Assembly: GCF_902713615.1 (NCBI RefSeq) | Contig: NC_052170.1 | Span: 4,340,001 to 4,404,000, forward strand | DNA from: Scyliorhinus canicula | Lineage: Eukaryota | Direction of reading: 5' to 3' | DNA: 64,000 nucleotides | The notes under the pieces: model-generated | What the model was told of the DNA's origin: nothing | Database searches by the model: none | Seen by the model: the letters and a program-made list of their open reading frames with translations, nothing else | In this document: positions 37,515 through 54,868 of the stretch, piece by piece | Position numbering within the stretch: position 1 is the first letter of the stretch | Layout: every line of letters starts with the position of its first letter | Program-made: the position numbers and the translations under genes

Positions 37515-37975
37515 GGGCAGGCAGCCACAGCAGCAGGGCAGGGGCACAGTCAGCTCAGGGCAGGGGCAGAGCCAGGGCAAGGGCAGAGCCAGGGCAGGGG
37601 CAGCCCCAGCTCAGGGCGGGGCAGAACCAGGACATGGGCAGTGCCAGCTCAGGGCAGGGGCAGAGCCAAGGCTGGGCAGAGCCAGGGCAGTGACAGCGCC
37701 AGGGCGGGACAGATCCAGGATATGGGCAATGCCAGCTCAGGGCAGGGGCATAATCAGGGCTGGGCAGGGGCCGAGCCAGCTTAGAGCAGTGCCAGTTTAG
37801 GGCAGGGCAGTGCCAGCTGAGGGCAGGGGCGGAGCCAGCTAGGGGCAGAGCCAGGTCTGGGCAGGGGCAGAGCCAGGGCTGGGCAGGGGCAAAGCCAGGG
37901 TAGGGGCAGTGCCAACTCAGGGTAGGGGCACAGCCAGCTCAGGGTAGCGGCAGAGCAAGCTCAGGGCAGGGGCAC
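37515..37975. repeat. G-rich degenerate minisatellite (GGGCAGGGGCAGAGCCA[GCTCA])n
   Basis: Directly visible tandem units. Confidence 0.88.
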
Positions 37976-38114
37976 CGCTCAACAGCTGCACATCTGCAAT
38001 TACAAACAGAAGGTGCTGCTGGAAAAACCCAGCAGGTCGACAATGTCCACGGAGCGAGAAGCAGAGTTGGCGTTTCAGGATCACAGGTGTGCTGCCAGAC
38101 CTGCACAGAAGTCT

Positions 38115-38630
38115 TCAATTCAGCCCCTCGAGCCTGCTCTGCCATCCAATCAGATGCCCATATCCCTTTAACCTGTTTTTAAAAAAATCAGAACTATATC
38201 CATCTCCGTCTTGAAACCATTTAACGACTCAGATTCCACCGCACTATGGGGCAGCGAGTTCCACAGATTCACCACCCTCTGCGAGAAGTAGTTCCTCCTC
38301 ATCTCAGTTTTAAATTTACTGCCTCTGAACCTTTCACTGTGACTTCTCGTTCTAGATTGCTCCACAAGGGGAAACATTTGATCTATGTTTACTTTATCAA
38401 TCCCAATTAATATTTTATACACCTCGATCAGTTCCCCTCTCATCCTTCTAAACTCCAGCAAGTATAAGCCAAACTGTTTAATCTCTCCTCATACGTCAAG
38501 CCTTTCATTTACGGAATCAATCTGGTAAGCCTCCTCTGATCTGCCTCCAATGTCACCACATCCTTCCTCAAATAAGGAGACCACAACTGGACACAATACT
38601 CCAGATGTGGTCTCACCGACATCCTATACG
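38115..38630 (-). mobile_element. CR1/HER1-like LINE 3' fragment
   Basis: VRPHLEYCVQLWSPYLRKDVVTLEADQRRLTRLIP and LEFRRMRGELIEVYKIL..FSQRVVNLWNSLP. Confidence 0.85.
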
Positions 38631-39607
38631 ATGTTAGTGGTAGGTAGACCTCCTTGAACTTGACTTTTCTTCTCTCTAATGTGGGCCAATCTGATGGTAC
38701 CAGGCCGTCCCACAGGGTCACCAAACCAAATATTGTCGCAGCAAGTGCCCCAGGTCACTGTGCACATGGGATTGACTGAGCAAAAATAGAAAGACGCAAA
38801 ATAAACATCAACCCGCAGCTAAAACAAGAATGCAGGATGTTATTGTCGGTGTCTACAAGACAATCTATACCATGGGGTGGTGCCCACCGATTGCAGAAGG
38901 CATCACACATTCCAGTGAGCACCGCATGTTTCCTTAAAACTGAAACCCGAACCTTCTCTACCCATAAAGGTTCTCCACATGAAACATCAGCTTTCAATGC
39001 AGACATTCGAGGCTTTGCTGAATATTTTCACTCATAGCTAATGATCCCGATGATGCATTATTTTATCAGGAGTCCTCTTCAAACAGTATTAATTCAGCTA
39101 TTCATCACTGTACCATTCTGATGGATGAGTTAAGTTGGTCCAATTGGCTTTCATCATTCATAAGTTTTCTTCATTCATGGGGATGTGTGTGTTAAGAAGC
39201 TCGACTGGGATTTATTACCCGCGCCTAGTTGCGCCGTCAGAAGATGGTGGTGGGTCGTCCTCCATGCTGTCATCCAGGTGGTGGATGTATTCGCAAACCT
39301 GTGCTCAGGTAGAAAAGGGTCGTGGCTTGGAGGGGATCTTGAAGATGACGCTGTTCTCCTCGGCACCTGCTGTCCTTGTCCTTGTTCTTCTACAGGCTGG
39401 AGTTGATGCTGTGAAAACTGCTGTTGATTGGTACACAGCATCGCAATTTTTATTGTCTGTTTTTGAGATGTGGGAAAAGGTTAGGCAACATTCATTGGCC
39501 ACATGGTCTGAGGGTTTTGGGAATCAACCCTGTAGCGTGACCAACACCAGATAGTGGTGACAGCTTCCGTGAAGGGCGTTTGTGAGCCACTTGGGTTTCT
39601 GTCAGCT

Positions 39608-39905
39608 TATAATAATAATCTTTATCGTCACAAGTAGGCTTACATTAACACTGCAATGAAGTTACTGTGAAACGCCCCTAGTCGCCACATTCCGGCGCCT
39701 GTTCGGGTACACAGAGGGAGAATTCAGAATGTCCAAATTATCTAACAGCACATCTTTCGGGACTTGTGGGAGGAAACTGGAGCACCCGGAGCAATCCCAC
39801 GCAGACACAGGGAGAACGTGCAGACTCGGCACATTCACCCAAGCCGGGAATGGAACGTCGGACCTTGGCGCTATGAAGCAACAGTGCTAACCACTGTGCT
39901 ACCAT
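39608..39905 (-). mobile_element. HE1/V-type SINE with a third tail type (..GGAATGTGGCGACTAGG..GTGACRATAAAGATTATT)
   Basis: Same head and core, different tail. Sister copies at about 16097-16574 (with a nested second SINE) and 18940-19178. Confidence 0.8.
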
Positions 39906-40468
39906 GCATGGTCACCCTCTGTTACCAGTCCATAAATTATAAGTGTTTGTTGAATTAATTTTCCATTATAGGATTCCAATTTACAACCTCTGGGTGGCTA
40001 GTCCAGGGCCACCAAATTACCATTGTACTCTCGCTTATCCCATCACACATGGGACATTTAATCCCCAAAACAATAGTGGCTGCAAGTGGACCAATTTCGC
40101 CCCTGTACAACCTTTCTTCTGATTGCTCAACACAGTTTTTGTGTCAGTATGAAATGCAACCTCACACAGAACAAAAGAGAAAGACCTGTATTTATCAAGC
40201 ACCTTTCCAATCTCTGACGTCCCAAGGTGTCTTACAGCCAATGAGGTACTTTTGAAGTGTTTTTCGCTTTAACAAAAATGGAATCGCTGAATGGTACTAA
40301 TGAAGCAAAGTAAATAATAGTGCCAGTGAACTGAACGGTTATACTTAACTATATCTGTATGCTCTGGGAGGAACCTAACCATGGGAAAGGACTAATTGGC
40401 CATCTGGGTGTGGACTTGTACTTTGTTAACTTTACTTTGGGGTGTTTTTTTTTGTGCTTCTCTGAAAC

Positions 40469-45171
<4,703 letters not shown>

Positions 45172-47682
45172 ACTCATCACCAGGCATCATACAGCTGTCC
45201 AGTAAATGGTAAGAAAATGTTAATACTTTAGCCTGTACCATTTATATATAATATTTTTACCAACATGAACTGGTTGGCCAAGGTGGCCTATCTCTCTATA
45301 ACATATGTCTTATTCCCTGACTAGAGAGCCTGGCCGTGCACAAGCTTCTTATTGATTCTGTGAGCTGTGTAATTCTCCACTTCACTCCCGAGTTTGCTTG
45401 TTTTTACTTGGTTATGGGATGTGAACCTCGCTGGCTGGGCCAGCATCTTTTACCCATCCTTAATCACACTTTTAAAAAATTAATTTAGAGTACCCAATTC
45501 ATTTTTCCAATTAAGTGTCAATTTAGCGTGGCCAATCCACCTACCCTGCACATCTTTGGGTTGTGAGGGCGAAACCCACGCAGACACGGGGAGAATGTGC
45601 AAACTCCACACGGACAGTGACCCAGAACCGGGATCGAACCTGGGACCTCGGCGCCGTGAGCCAGCAGTGCTACCCACTGCGCCACCGTGCTGCCATCCTT
45701 AATTACACTTGACCAGGTGGTGAGCTGTCTTCTTGAACCGCTGCAGTCCATGTGGTCCAAGATTTTGTTGCTGGGACAGTGATGGAAGGACAGTCAGTGG
45801 GACTCTGAGCGATAGAGGTCGTGAGTTCGGAAGGTGCTGTCAGTGGACCCTTAATGAGTTGCTGCAGTAATCGAGGCGTAATGAGGCAAGGACACAGATT
45901 TCGCTCACAGACCAGCCATGGTGTCACTGAATGGCTGTACAGGTTCAAGGGGCTGAATGGCCTCCTCCCATTCCTGAATGTCCTGGAAACTCAGCACATT
46001 AAAAACAAAAAATCATAGAATCCCTCCAGCGCAGAAGGAAGCCATTTAGCCCATCGAGTCTGCACCAACCCCCTCAAAGAGCCCCCTACCTTGGCCCACT
46101 CCCGCACCCGTAACCCTGCCTAACCTGCCCATCTTTGGGTGGTGGGGGAGAAACCCACGCAGACATGGGCAGAATGTGCAAACTCCATGCGGACAGTGAC
46201 CCAGGGCCGGGATCAAACCTGGGACCTTGGCGTCATGAGGCAGCAGTGCTAACCACTGCACCACCATGCTGCCCCTGAAACATTAATTCTGTCGATTTAC
46301 AGACATAGCCTGATCTGCTGAGCATCCACAGCATTTTCTGTTTACGTATTACAAGAGTATATTATCTGCTCTTTATCACTGTACCTGAACAGGCACCGGA
46401 ATGTGGTGACTAAGGGCTTTTCACAGTAACTTCATTGCAGTGCTAATGAGAGCCTATTTGTGGCAATAAAGATTATTATTATTATTGTGGGAGCTTTCTG
46501 TGCACAAACTGACTGCCGTGTTCCCTGCGTTACAACAACGACTGCACTTCACAAATACTTTGAGTCATCCTAAGATTGTGGAAAGCGCTCCATAAATGCA
46601 AGTTCCTTCTGGTCGAGGTGATGAATGCTCACAGCTTGCGAGCGGAGCACTTCTGTCAGCGATCCCACCCTCAGCACTCCCTGGGTCAGATGTAGCACCG
46701 GCTGCCGAGGCCTGTGTCTCCCTCCGTTCTTTTCTAATTGGCCGAATGCATTGGACACCCAACATGCTGTGCCGTTGAACAATAGGAGGCACCTGTGATG
46801 GGTTGGATTTAGTCGTAAATTGCGGGGTATATTTTCGGGAGGGGGATTGCCTAAGGGGAGAGGGTGGGGAGCATAGCAAAGCCAGGAAGAGGTTCCCCCG
46901 AGATGTTGGGCACCATTTTGACATTAAACAGCGGACAGCTTTCTATGCCGAGTGAAATGTTTAAACGCCCTGGTTGGTACCTTTTCTCTTTCTGTTCCCC
47001 GAAGCAGCTGGTAATCGCTGCAGGAGGAGAGGCGGTGAAGCAAAATAAAATTCTAAAGTTGCCTTTGTTTGGTTTCCTTTAGGCTGGTGTTTGAATTTAT
47101 TGGGGTACTGTGTCATCTCTGGATGCTCCCAATAAATAAAAGTCCTGAACCTCACTCAAGACGATTCCGAACACTCCATTACTGCCACCTGCAATAACGG
47201 AACAGAAAACACTTTCATCTGTAACAGGAACTGCTGTGGAAAGAATATTTCGAGAGTGGTGTTTGGGGCAATGTGTGATTTACATAAACTGGTCGGAGAA
47301 TGATTCACTGCACTTTTTTTTTTTTAGTATCGAATACAATAAACCAACAACAGAAAAGACTTTGGAAATTACAAAAGTGAAAGTGGGCACCTGCTCTCGA
47401 AACAGTCGACAGATTTACCACTCAAATGCTGAGCTGTTGCACTCGTGACCTCTGTTTCTGAAGTCTGTTAGCCAAGCCACGCCAAATTTCTTGCAACATT
47501 TAGCGTTGGGAGACGTTGCAACATTTACAAAAGTTTCTACTCTTCTTCAAATCCCGAGCACAAGGAAAGCGATCATTTCACCTAATGACAAAGGATCAAA
47601 GAACCCCTCCAAGCGGCTCCCTGGAAACCGAGTGATCCCGCCAATTCCACAAGCGTGGAGGAAAATAACAGGCGCCTAAAGG

Positions 47683-47912
47683 AAAAGCAAAATCCAGCGG
47701 ATGCTGGAGATCTGACATAAAAGCAAAGTGCTGGTGAAGCTCAGTGGGCCGGGCAGTGTCAGTGAAAAGATGAAACAGAGTCAACGTTTCAAGTCCAAAA
47801 TGACTCTTTTAGAAGAGTCGTTGTAGCCAACCCGAAGCATTGACCCTGTACTTCTCCCCACATACGCTGCCTGACAGGATGAGTTTCTAAAGCACTTTCT
47901 GTTCTTGCTTCA
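47683..47912. repeat. Palindromic dispersed repeat (possibly Penelope pLTR-derived)
   Basis: Two imperfect inverted arms around TGACTCTT/AAGAGTC. Second palindromic copy at 21411-21580; single arms at about 12851-12975, 14695-14805, 17255-17505, 37990-38100 and 52950-53045. Confidence 0.55.
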
Positions 47913-50900
47913 GAAGGCTAAAACACGTACGGCTTGTATTGAGTTTGCTGGGTTAAGGCCTGCTCTCGAGACCCAGTCGCTCCCTGTTTAGGAAAGGTGT
48001 AAAGGGTTATTTTCCTGTGCAGTTTCGGAAACCCCCTGCAAAAATTGAAATTGTGGATGATTTGTGCCCCTGTGCATTGCTGATATCACCTTAATGTTTG
48101 ATTGTACTGAGATACCAAAGGTAAATTTCATAGAATTGTTCAAAGGAGGCCATTCAGCCCATCGTGTCTGTCAGCTGTTTGAAAGAATGATCTAACTAGT
48201 CCCACTCCCATAGCCTTCAAATGTTTCCATCTCCAGTATTAATCCAGATCCCTTTGAAAGTTAGTATTGAGCCTGTTTCCAACGCCCTTTCACGCAGCCT
48301 GTTCCCAATCATCATAATTCACTGCATTAAGAGATTCCATACCTCGCCTCTAGCCCTTTTGCCAATTACTTCAAATCTGTGACCTCTGGTTAGTGGCCCT
48401 CCTAACAGTGTGGACGTTTTTCTTTGCTGTGTTTTAAGATTTGTCGCTTGATAAATAAACCGCATGTGCCAAATGATGGTGAGCATACAAGAACTTATAT
48501 GCTTTAGATACACCTTCCACAGTCCTGCCAAAAGATTTCGCTGTCGCCAGTGCAAAGGTCCTCCCTTTACAGCCTCCCTGTTTATTTTGTGTTGGGTAAT
48601 TGGAAACATTACGTTGAAATCACAAGACACTCAACTGCTCGAAGCTGGGGTTTGTGCTCCGCCTGAGCCACCTCTGACCCCTTCTCATCTATCGGCATAT
48701 TCTCTCGCTACAATTCATCACAGCCATTCCATGCAGTCCTTTGGGACTCTGGCAGCCCTCAGGTGTTTGCCCAGGTCACCGTTCTTCCTGTGTCAGCCCT
48801 GACAGTGAATACCAGCAGAGTATTGAATAGTGGCAGCCCGGTTCCACTGCTGGTCAGCTACTGCACATCACACCACAGTCCTGTTTCAGATTATTAATTC
48901 CCTTCTTTTTTAAAATAAATTTAGAGTACCCAATTCATTTTTTCCCCAATTAAGGGGCAATTTAGCGTGGCCAATCCACCTGCCCTGCACATCTTTGGGT
49001 TGTGGGGGCGAAATCCACGCAAACAAGGGGAGAATGCGCAAACTCCACACGGACAGTGACCCAGAGCCGGGATCGAACCTGGGACCTTGGTGCCGTGAGC
49101 CGGGATCGACCCTGGGACCTCGGCGCCGTGAGGCAGCAGTGCTAACCCACTGCACCACCCTTAATTCCCTTCTTTTAATGGCTATAGTTGTTAAGATAAA
49201 GTTTTGTGACACACGTAGATGTTTTCTAGGGAAGTGGAGTTGGGGATTTCATTACCCAACCCGAATGGATGGAATTTGAACATGCACAAGTGATGACTTG
49301 TCCCCATTGAGGAGTATTGGCTGCTCGCCCTGAGATGTAAACATCAGCATCCTTGCAACAAGAAAGCATTCGAGATCTGTCACAAGCTATCCTGTTACCT
49401 ACCGGTACTCTCACTGTAAACTGTGCTCAGAGTTTTGATGGCACAGTAACTGGATTCCCTGAGACCACACTGTCTCAACGATGAGAACTTCCAACTTCAC
49501 ACCGATAAACCTATACAATCCCGGAGTGAGAAATCCACAAGAGTGTGATATTCATTTAGGAGTAAAACCTGTTCCTGAATTTTGGGTAGGATAGAGGAAC
49601 CCATTACCATCTAAGCTAGTTTCCCTTAGTGTGAAATTCCCTAATATAGTGCAAAGCAACCGTACATACATCTACAGGAAAGGGCCCACTGATGTAATCC
49701 TGTCCAATCTGAGAGAACACCATCACTGGGATAACACCGTTCTGGAGAGGGTTGCCAATTCAGGGGCAGTATAGTCCTGGAGGTGCCTAACACTTCACTT
49801 GTATCAATATAACTTACTGTTGTTGACTGCCCTTCCCTGATTAAAGCAATTCCATTTCCAATATTCTTATCGCTAATAAACGTATTCAGTAAAAAAAAAC
49901 CTTTGTAAACATGCCTTTGATTTTTCTCTTGGGTTGCTCCCACTATTACCCTGGAGATGGAACATTTCTCCAGGACAATCAGGAGGATTGAAACCCTCAA
50001 TGTACCGCCATCCTTCACTTTGGTGTGCCTTCATGTTTCTTCCACGGGATTGCTGGAGCTGGACTGTGAGGCATTCCACCCTGTGTTAAGTTTTTGTCCT
50101 ATTCAACACTGTGCATTGTAGCTATCGGTAGAACAGCCTTTGCAAGTGCACTTTGTGAAAATAGATTGAAAATACTGTTTAGACTGAAAATCTCCATTAT
50201 CGATGTACAAATTCTGTTGAGTACAGCTGGCTTGTGTGTATTAGACATGGCCTTGGCAAGTCAATTCCTGTACATTACTGAGGAAACCAGCCAATGAGTC
50301 CGTTTGTGGCTCAGTGATCCCTGGCCCATGCAGTTGTTAATGATTTAATATCAGCCTTTCTTTTCTATGTTTCTAATCTGAACTTCCCAGTCATCTCCTT
50401 CGCAAATTTGCAATTCAGGCGATTCAGTGGCTACTCTGAAACCGACACGAGGAAGGACGGTGGGTTGTGGTGTGGGACATCTAACCCACGGGTTTCATTC
50501 TGAGCGACAGCAAAGCCGAGATCAGGCGACGGAGATCTCACGATTCCAACAGGCTACTCCGTGAGACAGGGGCCGGCAGTGCTGTTCAGCCCCTTTAGCC
50601 TGTCCTGCCATTCAGTTAAATCTCAGGCGTCCAGTAACCTTTACCACCCGATCAAAAAAAAAAATCCACTTCTGTTTTAGTACTTTCAGTTGATCTCCAG
50701 CCTCAACAGCGTTTGGGGGGAAATGAGCTCCAGATTTCCATCCCCTGCCTTCCCAAGGTATCTGTTTAAGAGCAGCCACCATGACGGTCTCCAAATTAAG
50801 AGACTATTGGTGCTGGGGAGCACCAGGCTTGATTGTGTCACAGCTGACAGACATGGTCGACATGCAAAATTACAGGACAGTGATCTTGCACTTTCCTCGT

Positions 50901-50945
50901 GCAACACACAGGTTACAGGGAGCAAACGTCAGAAAACTAGTTTGA

Positions 50946-51172
50946 GGGCAGCACGGTGGCACAGTGGTCAGCATTGCTGCCTACGGCGCTGAGGACCCGG
51001 GTTCGAATCCCGGCCCTGGGTCACTGTCCGTGTGGAGTTTGCACATTCTCCCCGTGTCTGCGTGGGTTTCGCCCCCACAACCCAAAAGATGTGCAGGATA
51101 GGTGGATTGGCCACGCTAAATTGCCCCTTAATTGGAAAAAATAATTGGGTACTCTAAATTTAAAAAAAAAAA
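50946..51172 (+). mobile_element. HE1/V-type tRNA-derived SINE, short poly(A)-tailed form with 15-bp TSD
   Basis: GGGCAGCACGGTGGCACAGTGG (A box), GGTTCGAATCC (B box), V-domain core, A tail and TSD AGAAAACTAGTTTGA. Sister copies at about 241-426, 12533-12690, 19875-20103, 26146-26372, 45471-45693, 48907-49160 and 54402-54621. Confidence 0.9.
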
Positions 51173-51554
51173 AGAAAACTAGTTTGAATAAAATACTCTG
51201 TGTATAGTGTATAACGTCCTAAACATCAGTCACACAGCTGATGAATACACCCGAACACAGTGATGTAATTTATAATCTTCAGCTTGCTACCTGCATTTTC
51301 TAAAATAAAATTTACATATATGTATAATTGCTAGATTACGCATTGAAATTTCTCTGTTCCATTATTCAGCTGGTAAATGCACTCATTTACAGCATTCTGA
51401 GATGTTCTTCATCACCAAGAATGAAATTTACTTCAATTTAGACGGTGCCATGATTGTCACTGAAGCTTCACAAGTTCCTTTACACAATTACTTTATTTTA
51501 AATCAGTGACGTACGTGGGCAGATATTGCTTTAAACTACTCAGTATTATATTCC

Positions 51555-51875
51555 CACGGTAGCATTGTGGATAGCACAATCGCTTCACAGCTCCAGGGTC
51601 CCAGGTTCGATACCGGCTTGGGTCACTGTCTGTGCGGAGTCTGCACATCCTCTCCGTGTGTGCGTGGGTTTCCTCCCACAGTCCAAAGATGTGCAGGTTG
51701 GGTGGATTGGCCATGATAAATTGCCCTTAGTGTCCAAAATTACCCTTAGTGTTGGGTGGGGTTACTGGGTTGTGGGGATAGGGTGGAGGTGTGGCCTTGG
51801 GTGGGGTGCTCTTTCCAGGAGCCGGTGCAGACTCGATGGGCCGAATGGCCTCCTTCTGCACTGTAAATTCTATGA
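51555..51875 (+). mobile_element. HE1/V-type SINE, long form with CR1/HER1-like tail
   Basis: Same head and core, tail GATGGGCCGAATGGCCTCCTTCTGCACTGTAAATTCTATG. Sister copies at about 2720-2930, 15218-15467, 17658-17922, 46012-46275, 57645-58198 and 59453-59772. Confidence 0.88.
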
Positions 51876-52490
51876 AATACAAAAACCCTCGGAACAGAAT
51901 TAATTTGTTCGGTAATTCAAGGAAGTAATTGTAACTCGATATCTATGCTTCTGCTGGTCCAACATGCCAATGGGCAGGAACTCTAATTCGGATTGTGTTC
52001 AGTCTATAAACTGAACAGAGACATTTGCTCACCGGTATGTGTAAAATTGTTTTTGGCGAGCAGAACTTAACTGGTGCCCATCTCCTGGTTGAATGGGTCT
52101 TGATCACTGATGGGGGGGGGGGGGGGGGGGGGGGGGTTCACTGAACAGTGAATGCCCTCACGTTGTGCTCGGATTTTATAGCTCATACAGGAGTTACTGC
52201 TTTTGAAGTTGTTTTCAGCTTTGCTTCCGCACACCAACCATGTCCAACTTTGTGACCGGGGAGGTGAACAAGTCCAGCACCATAACCCATTCTCACAACT
52301 CCATCGATGCGGTGAAATGTGCCAAGCGTGACCTGGGGATGATTTAGCCCCAAGGGCCCCCTCCACCCAGCCCCTCCCGTGGGAAAGCCCTTTCCGACCC
52401 CCCCCCCCCCCCCCCCCCCCCCCACCATGTAGGTGACAATAGAAACACAGCATAGGGGAACAGCACTGTGTAACACTCTACATCATTCCT

Positions 52491-52696
52491 TTTTTAAAAA
52501 TTACTTTTTCTGTGTACAAAGCCAGGGCTCAGAGTGTGGGTCAGGGGTGAACCCCTAATCCAGTTCCCTGCCTGCTCCAAAAACCAATTCAAATTCAAAA
52601 TGAATCCAATTCATGGTCCCCACCAGCGACAGACCAGGTCTGAGCCAAAAGGCAGAGCAGATACACTTGATCTCGGCCAAAAGGCTGAGAAGCTAT
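52491..52696 (-). mobile_element. U2-snRNA-derived short retroposon, copy 2, full length with 17-bp TSD
   Basis: Minus strand begins ATAGCTTCTCAGCCTTTTGGCCGAGATCAAGTGT at the U2 +1 position and ends in an A-rich tail. Flanked by CACTCTACATCATTCCT at 52474-52490 and 52697-52713. Confidence 0.85.
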
Positions 52697-54868
52697 CACT
52701 CTACATCATTCCTGTGCCCAGACCACCGTCTGTTAAATCCGTTTTACCTGCACCGTAAGCAGGACTGGACTATCAGCTTGTTTCTTGTACCACAAACTGT
52801 AAAAATGTACTTTAATAATTAAAGATTAACCAGGGAGTCAATTATTGTGTTGCTTGTTCATGTTACTCTAACCCAGTTGCATTTTTCCTAGATATATTTC
52901 TAAACAACTGTTTTGTTTCGTACACAGAGAGTGGGAATGTTGCCTCATTCCTGGACTCCTTTCTCTCTGCAGATTCTGTCAGACCTGTTGTGATTGTCCA
53001 CTATGTTCTGTTTCAGATCCCTGCCCCCGCAGTAATTTGATTTTACCTGGACTTTCTCTGCTGCTTTTTAAACTCAGTCTGAACAGATACACAGACGTGC
53101 CGATTGTACTGCCCTGACATCCCATCTAAAAGGCCACATTCCGGCGCCTGTTCGGGGAGGCTGGTACGGGAATCGAACCGTGCTGCTGGCCTGCTTTAAA
53201 ACCCAGCGATTTAGCCAAGTGAGCTAAACAAGTGAGCTAGACCAGAACTAGCCGCTGCTGATGCCCTAAATCTCCAGCTGGTCGGACCATTTAATGGTGG
53301 GTCCATTTGTTGCAATCAGAATGGTGGTGTTGCGTCTCAAATTTGTTTGCGTGCTCACCATGCTGGTTTGTGAGGCATTGCTATCAAATCCAAGCTCACC
53401 TGTTTTCCAGTGAGGTATTAAAGTAAGTCAGTCCCCCAGGGAAGAATTAGGCAGACTGCTCCTGCCTCTCAGCACTCCTCCATGTACTCTCCCTTCAGAG
53501 GCGAGATGGTGCGGCACATATTTCAGGATTTAGACGTGGAGAAGATATTTCCACTTGCAGGAGAGACCAGACCATGCCATGTAAGATCATCACTAATAAT
53601 CCAATAAGGATTCAGGAGAAACTTTGTTGGACGGATAATGGTGAGAATATGGAACTCTGCCACAGACGGTAGTTGAGGTGAATAAGGGGAAGCCGGTAAG
53701 CACACAAGGTAGAAAGGAAGAGGATATATTGATAGGTTGAGGTGAAGATGGGTGGGAGGAGGCTCGTCTGAACGTAAACAGCACGAAGCAGCCATCACGT
53801 AGATTTGTTGCGACACCAACAATTAGCACATGATGTTTTCAATTAGGGCAGTGTGGATGTTCACTGTTAAAAGCTCCAAAACAACACCAAGCCACACAAA
53901 GCGTCTCTCCATATTTTATTGAAATTCACAGGAAGGAACACATTCATACCCAATAACAGCATTAACACGGAATACAGTTTCACCGCTCAGTACCTGCGAT
54001 TCTGTCCAAGCTGAGAATTACCGCAGGATTCATTTCACTGAGGGGGAATGTTCACCTCGCTGTGCAGAGTCTGCATGGCCTGCAGTGACAGATACTGTCC
54101 CTGGTCAGATTTAACGAAGGAATGTAACCAGCTCTTTACACCTTCAAACTAGACCCTAAATAGTGTTAAATATGACATAAACTACAGTTTAAAAAAAGAT
54201 CAACACTCTTCAGTCAAGTGGCCTGGAGTCTCTCAAAGACATTCACATAACACAAACTAACAAAGTCCTAAATTAGATGCTGAGGTAATGCAGATACCAA
54301 AACTTTGGTATGGGGGCGGGGGCTGGCAGTAGTTGAGATATTTGTCACCCTCAAAAAAAAGGAAAAAATTCAATATCTTGCACACACTTGGAAGATTCTT
54401 TTTTTTAAAATTTAGAGTACCCAATTCATTTTTCCAATTAAGGGGCAATTTAACATGTTCAATCCACCTACCCTGCACATCTTTGGGTTGTGGGGGCGAA
54501 ACCCATGCAGACAAGGGGAGAATGTGCAAACTCCACACGGACAGTGACCCAGAGGCAGGATTGAACCTGGGACCTCGGTGCCGTGAGGCAGCAGGGCTAA
54601 CCCACCGCGCCACCGTGCCGCCTTGGAAGATTCTTTTTTAAACTTTCACAAAGTTCTATTTTTTTTTTAAACCGCAAAGGACCTGGCCTTATTGCTCGGC
54701 CCGAGAAGGAATGATTGAGAAAATAAAACTGAACAAAGAGGTAGCTGCTTTAAAAAATATAAACTTTTAAACCATCAATGCTAATTGCGGCTGACTTTGA
54801 AACTCGGATCTTCATTCTTCCCTTTTTAAAAAGATTGTTGGTGAAATGGACGACAGCAATAGTCACTG

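Noticed and set aside
38680-39040. Possible coding exon in unique sequence between the satellite and the GNG gene
   Set aside because: Short ORFs on both strands with no recognisable motif or consistent splice sites.
45172-47082. NMD targeting of the GNG transcript by its 3'UTR intron
   Set aside because: The donor is only 37 nt after the stop, under the ~50-nt rule.
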